Origin: Candidatus Adlerbacteria bacterium | GTDB taxonomy: Bacteria; Patescibacteriota; Minisyncoccia; Phycocordibacterales; SBAW01 | NCBI GenBank assembly: GCA_026397405.1 | Contig: JAPLUW010000001.1 | Coordinates: forward strand, 43,138-107,137 | DNA length: 64,000 bases | Direction of reading: 5' to 3' | Shown: one piece after another, positions 47,980 through 57,768 of the stretch | How positions within the stretch are numbered: the stretch's first letter is position 1 | Layout: each line of letters opens with the position of its first letter | Notes under the pieces: generated by a model | Database searches by the model: none | What the model saw: the letters and a program-made list of their open reading frames with translations, nothing else | What the model was told of the DNA's origin: nothing | Position numbers and translations under genes: made by a program

Positions 47980-48656
47980 AGCCTTCAAATAAATACTCCC
48001 CTTTCTTTACTAGTGTTGTATCGGTCTTTTCGACTTCCGGGACTATTGGGTTTGCGAGGATGTAGGGGTCGTGGCGAATGCCGGTGACTTGCCAGGAGAC
48101 TCGGGCTCCTGGGGTGCCTCCTGCAATAGTAAACTGATTTTTTGTTTTGTCTGCCCCCACTTTCAAATATATATTTGGGTCAGCATGCTCAAGCGGGAAA
48201 AATTGATATCTAAAATCTTTATTGAGCGCGTCGAAATACTCTGGCAGCTGTACTATTACCTCTCCCTTGTCATCCAATGTCGCAATACCATCGTAGATGT
48301 TTTTAACATCGGGCGACTCGACGAACGAGTGGAAGAGCAGTTTGTTAGTAGGGTCCAGTGGATGGTCTATAACAAACGTACCTGAGCCTTTAGAAAGAGC
48401 TCCGGTGATTGCAAGATTTCCCGCAAATTTTACGTTGCCTACCAACTTCACCCCGAACGCAATGGTAGGTACGCACAACAACAGGAATGCGAAGATATGT
48501 TTTGTATATTTGAAATTATTATTTCTCATACCCTTCAAATAAATACTCCCCTTTCTTTACTAGTGTTGTATCGGTCTTTTCGACTTCCGGGACTATTGGA
48601 TTGGCGAGGATGTAGGGGTCGTGGCGAATGCCGGTGACTTGCCAGGAGACTCGGGC
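47323..48656 (-). repeat. Three 114-bp near-identical direct repeats (47323-47436, 47993-48106, 48543-48656)
   Basis: Outer copies identical; middle copy differs at two synonymous sites. Confidence 0.92.
47969..48529 (-). CDS. Secreted stand-alone 'IDHPLDP' domain protein (copy 2)
   Basis: Signal peptide followed by the same domain. Confidence 0.85.
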   Translation of the reverse strand: MRNNNFKYTKHIFAFLLLCVPTIAFGVKLVGNVKFAGNLAITGALSKGSGTFVIDHPLDPTNKLLFHSFVESPDVKNIYDGIATLDDKGEVIVQLPEYFDALNKDFRYQFFPLEHADPNIYLKVGADKTKNQFTIAGGTPGARVSWQVTGIRHDPYILANPIVPEVEKTDTTLVKKGEYLFEGYEK

Positions 48657-49091
48657 CAGGGGTACTCCTCCTGATATTTTAAATTGTATCGCACCAAAGA
48701 GGCCAAACCATCGGCGAGCAACTTCTTTTTTCAAAAATAAATTCGGCATAGACGCTCCAATAGGTGTCGCTAGATATCTAACATCTTGATTCAACGCTAG
48801 AAAATAGTCGGGTAGATTGATGGTTGCTTCACCTTTGTCGTCGAGCGTCGCAATACCATCGTAGATGTTTTTAACATCTGGTGACTCAACGAATGAGTGA
48901 AAGAGTAATTTGTTAGCTGGGTCGAGCGGGTCGTCGATAACGAAGGTGCCGGAGCCTTTGGAGAGTGCACCTATGACACTCGCGCTGCCAGTTACAGACA
49001 CAGCTGTGGTAAGGGTAACGGCCTGCGCGCTCGAGATAAGCGCGAAAAACAGCCCCAAACTACCGACAAGTCTGTAGAGAGAAAATCTCAT
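48519..49091 (-). CDS. Secreted stand-alone 'IDDPLDP' domain protein (copy 1)
   Basis: Signal peptide AQA|V followed by the same domain; TATACT 7 nt upstream. Confidence 0.85.
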   Translation of the reverse strand: MRFSLYRLVGSLGLFFALISSAQAVTLTTAVSVTGSASVIGALSKGSGTFVIDDPLDPANKLLFHSFVESPDVKNIYDGIATLDDKGEATINLPDYFLALNQDVRYLATPIGASMPNLFLKKEVARRWFGLFGAIQFKISGGVPLARVSWQVTGIRHDPYILANPIVPEVEKTDTTLVKKGEYLFEGYEK

Positions 49092-49156
49092 ATACACAAG
49101 TATATCATGAGCGTTTTGCCACAATTTTATAGGGGAAAATCGAGTATACTTTCCAC

Positions 49157-50629
49157 ATGCAAACGCGCAGAAAAAGTATGCTCGGCGCTATAGCGTTGTT
49201 TCTCTGTGCCGCCGGAATAGCCTTCTACACTACCCACAAGCACCATACCGTAGTAGTCACACGCACGGCAGCGGGGTTTATACCCAAAACTGTACTTATA
49301 CACAGAGGTGATACCGTGCGATTTGTGTCGACTACAGGCGCACCATTTTGGCCCCTGTCGGACCCTCACTCTTCGCAGGGCATTTCTCTCGCCTTTGACC
49401 CTGGGAGGGCACTTACACCAAACGAGCAGTGGTCGTTTACATTTGAACAGGCTGGAGTATGGAATTTCCACGACCGTCTGCTGGCAGAGATGCGCGGTTC
49501 AGTGCTTGTTGAAGGAGAGAAAGACGAGAGTGTAAAAAACTGTCTGTCTTCATCGCAAGATACAACAAAAGGCTATTGTTGGGCTACTGAAATAACAGCA
49601 ACAATAAAACAAGAGGGACTTTCTGCCGGGTTTGACTCCGTGCACGACTACTACGAAACAAGTCTCGAATTTCAAAACCAATGTCACGACGTTATGCATG
49701 TACTGGGGAGCGCCACATACAGCGAGTATAAAAAAACAGGGACACATATTGCACGGCAAGAAACCAGTTACTGCGGCTACGGTTTTTACCATGGGTTTAT
49801 GGAACAGATGCTTGTAGAACTTGGCAGAGATTATCTGCATGAAGCAAATTCCTATTGCATAGGGTTGCTCATCGACCCTGCGCTTCCCTCCCGTGCCGCC
49901 GGACACTCTGCTGCTGCGGCATGCTTCCACGGTATTGGACACGCACTACTTGATTCACTTCCGGCAACTATATGGGGAAACGATAAAGCTATGACAGCCG
50001 AGGCCACAATAGAGTGCGAAGCCGTGACAGACGAGCCACAATGGCGCGTGCGGTGTGTGTCGGGAGTTTTCAATTCCCTCTCTAATGCCGAAGGTTCAAA
50101 AAACTACAGCCTATCATACAGCGTGAGCGACCCAACCGCCCTGTGTCGTACACAAAAAGCCGAATACCAACAATCGTGCTACAACGAACTGGCTATAGGC
50201 TACACACATTACGCAAACTACAGCGACACCGAGGCACTTTCGTTAATTGCACATTTGCCCGGGGACGCAAAATACTGGAGCCTTATGGCATATTTTGACG
50301 ACACCGTACGACACAACTTGCAAGACAAAACACTGGCACAACTGTACGAAGAGACTGTGGCATTCCCAGAAGAAAAAGAGCGGGAGGCAGTTATTGACGG
50401 TGTAGCAAACGCACTCTCATCTGGAGGCAAACCGGGTGGAGAATATCTACAAATGCTTACCTATTGTTCCCTCTTTCCAATATCTAATGCACGGACGCAT
50501 TGTTACAGGCGCACGATAGACACATTGAGTGCACTGTATAGCAACACCGCCCTGAGTGCTATATGCAAGACTATCCCTGTTGGCGACCAAGCGGTATGCA
50601 CTTCTTCGCTTAGAACAAAAAATTTATAG
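49157..50629 (+). CDS. Cupredoxin-like domain fused to Cys/His-rich domain, paralog 4
   Basis: GFIPKTVLIHRGDTVRF...WSFTFEQAGVWNFHD; CHDVMHVLG, CGYGFYHG, CFHGIGH, CVSGVF. Confidence 0.85.
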   Translation: MQTRRKSMLGAIALFLCAAGIAFYTTHKHHTVVVTRTAAGFIPKTVLIHRGDTVRFVSTTGAPFWPLSDPHSSQGISLAFDPGRALTPNEQWSFTFEQAGVWNFHDRLLAEMRGSVLVEGEKDESVKNCLSSSQDTTKGYCWATEITATIKQEGLSAGFDSVHDYYETSLEFQNQCHDVMHVLGSATYSEYKKTGTHIARQETSYCGYGFYHGFMEQMLVELGRDYLHEANSYCIGLLIDPALPSRAAGHSAAAACFHGIGHALLDSLPATIWGNDKAMTAEATIECEAVTDEPQWRVRCVSGVFNSLSNAEGSKNYSLSYSVSDPTALCRTQKAEYQQSCYNELAIGYTHYANYSDTEALSLIAHLPGDAKYWSLMAYFDDTVRHNLQDKTLAQLYEETVAFPEEKEREAVIDGVANALSSGGKPGGEYLQMLTYCSLFPISNARTHCYRRTIDTLSALYSNTALSAICKTIPVGDQAVCTSSLRTKNL

Positions 50630-50633
50630 CTGT

Positions 50634-51518
50634 ATGCAGCGTATACTAAAAATATTCTTGTTCCTTGGAGGAGTGCTAGTAGTTTTTTTTCTCTACCATA
50701 CACTACACTCACCTACTGTAGTTGAAAATGCGAGAGTGAAGTATTGGGAGAGGCGTATACATTCCATAGGTGCCACTGGGGCTTACAATGAACTCCTATC
50801 GAGCACTACTGAACATTTTGAAGGTCACTATTTTGGCACTGCGCTGTATCAAGAACAAGGAATTTCTGGAATGACTGTGTGCGATGACAAACTACAGTAT
50901 GCATGTTTACATGAAATGTACGGCCGCGCACTTGCGGAATATGGTCTCTCTATAATAAAAAAGCTTGATACCGTATGCACGGAGAGCGCAGACCCTCTTG
51001 TGTGCGAACATGGGATAGGACACGGTCTGGTGGGATATTTTGGATACACCAAAACCTCAGCACTACAAAGTGTAGCCGCGTGCAAAAGTATTTCTGAACA
51101 TGGGGATGTGGTGGGAGCCTGCGAGTCTGGTTTGTTTATGGAATATTTTAATCGGACTATGCTTCCAGGCACGGAACCCTTTCCTGTATCAGAGGCGGCG
51201 CTGTATGCACCATGCGAGGAACTTGCACTTGGGGAACATGACATGCCGCAATGCGTATTTGAATTTCCTCGTCTGTGGTTTTTGTCACTATTTAAGAACG
51301 AAAGAACCCCTGAACATTTGAAGCAGCTCGGCCTGTATTGCCAGAAATATGACTCTATCCCCGCCCTACGCACAGTGTGTGCGCGCGGAGCAGCCGAAAT
51401 AGTTGTACACGCACAAACTCTAGAGGAATCAAAAAAAATCTGCAGCCAAATATTTACAGATATAGACAAAAAAAATCTCTGCGAGCTCCAAGTAGAAAGA
51501 TTGTTTAATCTCCAATGA
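50634..51518 (+). CDS. Membrane-anchored Cys/His-rich protein, paralog 5
   Basis: EHFEGHYFG, CDDKLQYACLHE, CEHGIGHG, CESGLFME. Confidence 0.85.
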   Translation: MQRILKIFLFLGGVLVVFFLYHTLHSPTVVENARVKYWERRIHSIGATGAYNELLSSTTEHFEGHYFGTALYQEQGISGMTVCDDKLQYACLHEMYGRALAEYGLSIIKKLDTVCTESADPLVCEHGIGHGLVGYFGYTKTSALQSVAACKSISEHGDVVGACESGLFMEYFNRTMLPGTEPFPVSEAALYAPCEELALGEHDMPQCVFEFPRLWFLSLFKNERTPEHLKQLGLYCQKYDSIPALRTVCARGAAEIVVHAQTLEESKKICSQIFTDIDKKNLCELQVERLFNLQ

Positions 51519-52756
51519 ACACAAAAAAACGCCTGCGGCACATATTCTGGGTAGCACTACTTACAGTAATTTTTGGTGTTGGAATATATTTTTTTAGCCA
51601 ACAGTCCTTCGTATACCATGCGACCGTATGTGACTACTCTCATACCTCTGCGCCGGACAAAATTGAATGTTGGTATGGACTGCTCGATACATCTCTCGCA
51701 ACAGGAGGTGCAGCAAACATGCTCCACGACTACGCATACTTATATAGTCATTACCCCAATATATTAGTTCCCGAAAATTGCCATGCCGACGCCCATTGGA
51801 TGGGAGACCAGATGTACTCTGCACTACTCCACAGTGGAGAGAGTCTGGAAACAGTCGACTTCCCCGAGACCGCGAATGTTTGTACGTTTGGTGTTCCTCA
51901 CGGTTTTTTCATGCACTTGTTTGCAGACCATCCAAACGCACCATTTGTAACTGCAACATGTAGTAGTTTTGAAACACGTTTCTCGAATATATTTCCAACA
52001 ATAAACGTACAGTGTTACCACGCTGCCGGGCATGGGTTTGTCCTTGCGCATGCACACGACACATCCAAGGACGCACACCAGCTTGCAGCAGATACGCTCG
52101 GGCAATGCGACACTCTGCCCAACACACTGACAGACATAGAACGTCAGACATGCTACCGGGGTGTATTTACGGCCTTACTTGAATGGGCTGCCCAAAAACA
52201 ACACGGCCTTTCCTTTGACAAGTTGCACCCGTTTGCACTCTGCACAACGCTCACCAACTCATGGAAGCGCATGTGTTACGCAGGCGTTGCCGACCGGTTT
52301 TTTAGAGAAGCTAGTCTTACGGTACCTTCCCTTATAGAACACATTGCCCAGGTAGAAGATCCCTCACTGCGCGTCCAGGCGTTTCGACCGGCAATGCGAG
52401 TACTTATTTTGCGAGCCATGCCGCACAACTCTTACCTGTCTCTTATACCTGCATGCGCAACTGTCTCAAAAGAGTTATTTGTTGCGTGTATTACTATATT
52501 CCCGAGCGCACTTTTTACCGGAGGTTTTCCAGAGCAAGAATATCCAAAAGCACTTGCCTTGTGTGCGTCAAACCAAATACACGCACTGGACGCTGAAAAA
52601 CTTTGTTATCTTTCTGTAGCAAAACAGCTAGCCCTCTTTTACCCACCAGAAAAACTACAGGCCTTCACTGACCCTCACGTACAGCAAGCAATTGCACAGC
52701 TGACAGAGGCGGGGAAATTAACCACGACCGAATTAGACTTGCCCAACATCCACTAA
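51515..52756 (+). CDS. Membrane-anchored Cys/His-rich protein, paralog 6
   Basis: CHADAHWMG, CTFGVPHG, CYHAAGHG, CYRGVF. Confidence 0.85.
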   Translation: MNTKKRLRHIFWVALLTVIFGVGIYFFSQQSFVYHATVCDYSHTSAPDKIECWYGLLDTSLATGGAANMLHDYAYLYSHYPNILVPENCHADAHWMGDQMYSALLHSGESLETVDFPETANVCTFGVPHGFFMHLFADHPNAPFVTATCSSFETRFSNIFPTINVQCYHAAGHGFVLAHAHDTSKDAHQLAADTLGQCDTLPNTLTDIERQTCYRGVFTALLEWAAQKQHGLSFDKLHPFALCTTLTNSWKRMCYAGVADRFFREASLTVPSLIEHIAQVEDPSLRVQAFRPAMRVLILRAMPHNSYLSLIPACATVSKELFVACITIFPSALFTGGFPEQEYPKALALCASNQIHALDAEKLCYLSVAKQLALFYPPEKLQAFTDPHVQQAIAQLTEAGKLTTTELDLPNIH

Positions 52757-52766
52757 CTACAGAATG

Positions 52767-54227
52767 TTATTTAGCCTTCACCGCAGCCAAAAGATCGCTT
52801 GCTTCGGTATAGGTCGGTCGCAGCGCCAGGGCTGCTTGTAGTGTGTCTCCGGCCTGCTGCTTTTGACCAGCTAATATATAAAGTTGCGCTTGGAAAAATA
52901 GTACGGAGGGATCGTTGGGCGACTCTGCGTGCGCGCGTTCGAATGCCGCCTTACTTTCGTAAAATACGTCTTCGCTTGGCGCAAGCGACATTTCTTCAGC
53001 AAGAGTGATACCGAGTAATTTCCAACTTTGTGCATTCGCGCCCTCGGTTACTGTTGCTGCACGTGCATAGATGCTTGCACGATGAAACAGCTGCCCCACC
53101 TGCGTCTGCGACGCAGCCGCATTACCCAGTGCATGACCACTTGAGCGGAGTATCTGTGCGAGCAAGCGGTCAGTTTGTCCTGTAGGCGAAAGTGCATAGG
53201 CATATTCCCCCGCACTGCGTGCGTGCAAAAGGTCCTGCTGCTGCATGCTTGCATATGCGTAAAAATAAAATGCTGCTGAAAGTCCGAGATACAAAACACC
53301 AACAGTAAGTACCGCTATAACTCCAAAAAGTATGGTTCGTAGCAAAGGACGTACACGAAGACCGATAGAATCTTCATATCTACACGAACCAAACGCGACT
53401 GCCACTGCAAGCAAAAGCGGCGCTGAAGGTTCAGCATAGACGAGCAGTGCGAGAGCAAAAAAAATAACGGCGACTGAAGCGAGCACAACCACACGACGAC
53501 GCATTGTATATGTCCGTGTAATGACCTGCAAAAATTCTTCAGCAACAGCTGAAAAAAAACTAAGGGTAAACAATAGCACCGCTATAGCCCCACATTCTAC
53601 GAGCAACGTGGGGAGCAGGCCGCTGCCGACGGAAAAATCTTCGTTCCAAAAAGGGGTGGCGAGCACTTCCCCTGGGCGATATTTTTGCCACGCATAAGTA
53701 AACGCGCTCGGCCCTATGCCGGCTACAAGTACTTTGCCACCGAGGTCCGTGTACGCCGCTGACTCTACCCGTAGTGTTGTTGTAAGTGACGGTCGCACAA
53801 GCTGCTCGGTGCGCAGATACGGATACACCAAAAGACCTACAAGCACACAGGTTGATGCGATAAAAAGACCCTGACGCACCACGCGCGAAAAGCCACCTAC
53901 GAATAACGCAAGGATACACATAAGGACTATAAAGCCCCCCGACGTCATGTCGAGTGCAAAGCCAAAGAATGCATGCAAAAAATTTCCAGAAAAAATCGTA
54001 GTACACAATACTACAAACACAAATGCGACAAGCAGCCACTGCGAAGGCTTCCACTCCTTGGGGTGCGGGACACCCGCGTAGAGTATAGACAAACCACACA
54101 GGTACAAGGCACATAGACTTGCCCCAATTGACGCCATCGTGTCTGCATAGGTCTGTCCGATACCTACATAGAGAAGGAATACAGCAATCACACTTATGGC
54201 AGGAACATACAAGCGGAATGCACGCAT
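52767..54227 (-). CDS. Polytopic membrane protein, O-antigen-ligase/oligosaccharyltransferase-like, with C-terminal TPRs
   Basis: About 10 TMs, GIGPSAF loop, LLVECG, TPR-like ALALRPTY. Confidence 0.65.
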   Translation of the reverse strand: MRAFRLYVPAISVIAVFLLYVGIGQTYADTMASIGASLCALYLCGLSILYAGVPHPKEWKPSQWLLVAFVFVVLCTTIFSGNFLHAFFGFALDMTSGGFIVLMCILALFVGGFSRVVRQGLFIASTCVLVGLLVYPYLRTEQLVRPSLTTTLRVESAAYTDLGGKVLVAGIGPSAFTYAWQKYRPGEVLATPFWNEDFSVGSGLLPTLLVECGAIAVLLFTLSFFSAVAEEFLQVITRTYTMRRRVVVLASVAVIFFALALLVYAEPSAPLLLAVAVAFGSCRYEDSIGLRVRPLLRTILFGVIAVLTVGVLYLGLSAAFYFYAYASMQQQDLLHARSAGEYAYALSPTGQTDRLLAQILRSSGHALGNAAASQTQVGQLFHRASIYARAATVTEGANAQSWKLLGITLAEEMSLAPSEDVFYESKAAFERAHAESPNDPSVLFFQAQLYILAGQKQQAGDTLQAALALRPTYTEASDLLAAVKAK

Positions 54228-54252
54228 AGAGTTCTAGTATACTGCACAGTAT

Positions 54253-54690
54253 ATGAGAGCACTGGCCGCACTAACCCTAGTCCTGGGTATTACACTTGGG
54301 GTGTGTGCAGGAATATATATATGGCCGGTAGTGTCACCAAAACAGGTAGGCGGCTCGTGGGCCCTTGCATCTCCACACAGCGCAACGCTGCCCTACCCTT
54401 TGTCACTTCAAGGAACAATTACTGACGTTGGACCAGAAACGTTTCTTTTGAATATACCGACAGAGGGTGACTCAGCCAAAAAAAAGGTCCGCATACGGTA
54501 CGACGTTGACACGCGCGTACTAGTACGAGACCCGCAAAAAACACCGGGCGGAGTTATCAGTAGCTCTCGACTTCTTGTAGCTCCAAAGGAACATAGTATT
54601 ATTGACGGAGAAAAAGTCCGCGCAGACATATGGATTACTGGAGACGCGTCGGTGCCATATGCACTTATACTATTACAGTCGTCGTTTTAA
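54253..54690 (+). CDS. Membrane-anchored hypothetical protein (small beta domain)
   Basis: N-terminal TM; GTITDV...IRYDVDTRV. Confidence 0.7.
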   Translation: MRALAALTLVLGITLGVCAGIYIWPVVSPKQVGGSWALASPHSATLPYPLSLQGTITDVGPETFLLNIPTEGDSAKKKVRIRYDVDTRVLVRDPQKTPGGVISSSRLLVAPKEHSIIDGEKVRADIWITGDASVPYALILLQSSF

Positions 54691-54694
54691 CCTC

Positions 54695-55150
54695 ATGAAT
54701 ACAAAAGACTCACTAACCATGCCTCTTCTTTTTATCTGCGCATTCTTGCTTGCAGGAAGCTGTGTGGTAAATATGCTGCAATTTCAACAAGCTCAAAACC
54801 TGTCTGTAAAAAAAGCGCAAACGAACCTCCTTCTTAAAATTCCTGATGTGCAGAGAATCGCAACAATAGTAAAAAATAACTTTGACGAACGGTGGGTGCG
54901 TATCTCATATACAGATGGAGAGGGGCAGACCGAACAACTACAAGCATGGGTTACTTCTGCAACTGTCATACAACGTACGCAAGCAGGAGCAGTATCAGGA
55001 GTGACTGAACGTGCCTCCGTAGAAGACATCGACCAGAAAGATCTCCGCGTAGGTGAACCTATCTATATAATTATGCGCAATTCGTCCGACCAACAACGTC
55101 TGGAAGCAAGTCGTATTACTGTCGGCGACCTGCTCCCTGTTTCTCTATAG
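54695..55150 (+). CDS. Membrane-anchored hypothetical protein (small beta domain), possibly a paralog of the upstream gene
   Basis: N-terminal TM; DLRVGEPIYI...ASRITV. Confidence 0.7.
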   Translation: MNTKDSLTMPLLFICAFLLAGSCVVNMLQFQQAQNLSVKKAQTNLLLKIPDVQRIATIVKNNFDERWVRISYTDGEGQTEQLQAWVTSATVIQRTQAGAVSGVTERASVEDIDQKDLRVGEPIYIIMRNSSDQQRLEASRITVGDLLPVSL

Positions 55151-55699
55151 AGAAAACATAGGTGCCAACCACCCGCGGCGGCGTTCGTGTTTGAGCCATC
55201 GATAGTCCCAGTGCCACGCACCGCTTCCTTCCCTGCTCAGTATTAAAAAGTATCGGTACCCGCCGTCGTGACACATAACAGTACCCGGAACTTCAAACCA
55301 GGTGATGCCGTGGTTGTCGTAGAGCCAGCGCAATGTTTTTTGACCTTCTTCCAAAAACAATCCTATTCCAAATGCAAAGTCAGGGCGCACGTCGGGGAAC
55401 ACTTTTAAGCGTTCTAGTTTCTGCTCGCCATCGATAGAGTCTTCGCCATCTTTAAAACCATGAACAAATTTCATGCGGCTAAAATCAAAAGCGTTCATTG
55501 CAGTTGCTCGAGCGTCTTGGTCTTCTTCGCCCTCAAGCCCTTCCCCATTCTTCGGACCTTTCCACACAGTCCATTCGTCACCAAGAAGGTCAGTTACGGT
55601 CGGAAGCTTCGTGCGATCAACTCTAAACACAGGACCTTCCGTTATAACAACTACAGGGTCTGTGGCGGTCAACTCGTCATGATGAGATACATGGTCCAT
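55145..55699 (-). CDS. Hypothetical cytoplasmic protein, Trp-rich C-terminus
   Basis: 184-aa ORF with protein-like composition. Confidence 0.75.
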   Translation of the reverse strand: MDHVSHHDELTATDPVVVITEGPVFRVDRTKLPTVTDLLGDEWTVWKGPKNGEGLEGEEDQDARATAMNAFDFSRMKFVHGFKDGEDSIDGEQKLERLKVFPDVRPDFAFGIGLFLEEGQKTLRWLYDNHGITWFEVPGTVMCHDGGYRYFLILSREGSGAWHWDYRWLKHERRRGWLAPMFSL

Positions 55700-55721
55700 A
55701 TGTACCTATTGTACTCATGCC

Positions 55722-57236
55722 CTACTGTGGTGTACAGAGTTTGTCCGTTCCGGGGATGTCCGCCACTAATGCACATGCAGCGGCACGGGCTACTTCGCCA
55801 TAGTTATTTATAAGCGTCGTAACAAGCGTGTTGGCACAGAGCGTTTTTTCACCTGACGTGAGTGTACGTACGTGACACAACTCCGCGCCTCGCGCACCTT
55901 CAGTTCCCGGCGCGCCGTTAAAGACAACTCCGCGCAGAAGGCCAGCAATACAATATGAATGGAGCGTTGTATCAACAACAGAGGCACACAACCCTATAAG
56001 TTTTTTATTCGACATGTCGACATTGTTTGCGGCCGAAACAAACGCAACACTTGTTATTGCAGAAAACATGTACGTCCCATCTAACCACGTGCGCGCAGCA
56101 CTCATAACCGACTGAAGTGAGGTGTCAGTATTGTGGTTAGCAATAACAAGTGTTTCTTTTGCCATTTCCCATACACATGCATCCTTCTGCCATGTTTCCT
56201 GCAAAGGTGCGCACAACGCAAATGGGTGGTCGAGCGAAAAAACATCTGTATAGACAGTCTGTAGATTTTGAACATTGACCCATGCTTTAAATACGTCGAA
56301 CGCGCCGTCGGCACAGCGGAACTTCCCTTCTGGGGAAGGCATCGCGGCACACTCGGCAACTCCCATGTTCAGAAGAGTCTGTAGGTTCCTACTGTTGTTA
56401 CTCAAGTCTGGTCGTGTTGTAAGGAGATATTCCATGACACTGTGCCCAATGCCGTGCATACACTGCAGACCTGCGACAGTTTTTTCGCCAACGCGCTTGG
56501 CTTCCGCCGTACAAAATGCAAGTGCAGGCTGTATGTCACCATGCCTTTCCATAAGAAAACTTTCAAGATAGCCGTGATAAAACCCTTGGCCGCAATACAT
56601 AGTGTTAGCCGCGGGAAGATGGTCGCCATATTTTTTATACGCCATAAGTCCCAAGTCGTGTAAAAACGAATGGCACTCTGGGCGGAACTCCGGATACTTT
56701 TCATATACAGAGGCAACCTCATCCATCGCGCCACTCAAACCTTTTTTATCGAGCGCAAGCAAAATGTGCTGGCGGTAACATGCTGCACGGCCACTTTGTT
56801 CAGGTTCATCACAGACCCCAAGCACATCATATATTGCTTCTCCTTTTGCTCCTGGCGGGACAACAATAATTACACCGATGTCGAGCCCTATGTGGTCGTG
56901 AAAGCTCCAGTGTCCATCTTTATCAAATGTAAAACTCCAGGCACTTGTTGCCCCAACGGGTCCTTTAGAATCAAATGCCGAATATATAGTATGGAACGGG
57001 TGCAAGTCCGACGCAGGCCAAAAAGAGTTTCCTGCTGTTGTACGAAATACAACTGTTGTATTGCGGCTGATATAGATTTCTGACGGAACAAAACCGTTTT
57101 TTGTGAGAGTAATTGTTACCGTGCTCTTTCCCGTCAAGTCGAGCGGACCCCGATGCATATAGGTGTATATGCCGTATATACACAAGCCAGAGACCACCAT
57201 TAAACACACAAAAAATATCGCGTACTTCGAGCGCAT
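55722..57236 (-). CDS. Cupredoxin-like domain fused to Cys/His-rich domain, paralog 7
   Basis: GFVPSEIYI...WPASDLHPFH...WSFTFDKDGHWSFHDH; CHSFLHDLG, CGQGFYHG, CMHGIGH, CADGAF. Confidence 0.85.
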   Translation of the reverse strand: MRSKYAIFFVCLMVVSGLCIYGIYTYMHRGPLDLTGKSTVTITLTKNGFVPSEIYISRNTTVVFRTTAGNSFWPASDLHPFHTIYSAFDSKGPVGATSAWSFTFDKDGHWSFHDHIGLDIGVIIVVPPGAKGEAIYDVLGVCDEPEQSGRAACYRQHILLALDKKGLSGAMDEVASVYEKYPEFRPECHSFLHDLGLMAYKKYGDHLPAANTMYCGQGFYHGYLESFLMERHGDIQPALAFCTAEAKRVGEKTVAGLQCMHGIGHSVMEYLLTTRPDLSNNSRNLQTLLNMGVAECAAMPSPEGKFRCADGAFDVFKAWVNVQNLQTVYTDVFSLDHPFALCAPLQETWQKDACVWEMAKETLVIANHNTDTSLQSVMSAARTWLDGTYMFSAITSVAFVSAANNVDMSNKKLIGLCASVVDTTLHSYCIAGLLRGVVFNGAPGTEGARGAELCHVRTLTSGEKTLCANTLVTTLINNYGEVARAAACALVADIPGTDKLCTPQ

Positions 57237-57270
57237 GCAGTCCAGTGTAGCGCATGCTATCCTCTTACGC

Positions 57271-57768
57271 ATGAGCCTCTCTCCGAAGGATGCAAAGGAG
57301 TTGTCGCAGCTGCAGACCTTGCTTGGTATATTTCTGGGGCTCTATTTTTTAGCGGGGCTTTCAACATTTTTCCTTTTTTCTTCAGCGCACGACAAAAGCT
57401 TCCCGCCTTTTTTTCACTGGTTTTTGTTTGCACTCGTTCCAAACGAACATTTCTCTACACAGTACACGGTGCAGCTAACTGCCTACCGAGGTAAAACATT
57501 CACTCCTCCAGAATTATTCGGCGAAGCAAATGATATCATTCCCGAAGCAACAGCAAACCGTGCACGTGACGGCATTCGACATTTAGGAAAAGCACTTGTG
57601 GCGGGCGACACTGCAAGGGCCGACGTAGTACGAGCAGAGCTCGAAGCTGCGTACTTTCCAAAAGATCTTTCCTGGCAAGTGGTTAAAATAACTTACGACC
57701 CCATAGAACGTTTTAAAACCGGCACACTTGAAAAAGTCGACGTGCTTGGTACCTACCACACTAAATGA
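57271..57768 (+). CDS. Single-TM partner of the HTTM protein (SdpA/DUF5819-like motif)
   Basis: TM followed by PPFFHWFLFALVPN; overlaps the downstream gene. Confidence 0.6.
   Translation: MSLSPKDAKELSQLQTLLGIFLGLYFLAGLSTFFLFSSAHDKSFPPFFHWFLFALVPNEHFSTQYTVQLTAYRGKTFTPPELFGEANDIIPEATANRARDGIRHLGKALVAGDTARADVVRAELEAAYFPKDLSWQVVKITYDPIERFKTGTLEKVDVLGTYHTK

Noticed and set aside
47323-48656. Diversity-generating retroelement TR/VR pair
   Set aside because: All copies are in frame in genes, the two differences are synonymous and not adenine-specific, and no reverse transcriptase is in the window.
40324-57236. Multiheme c-type cytochromes
   Set aside because: The conserved motifs are CH, CxH and HxxxH, not CxxCH.
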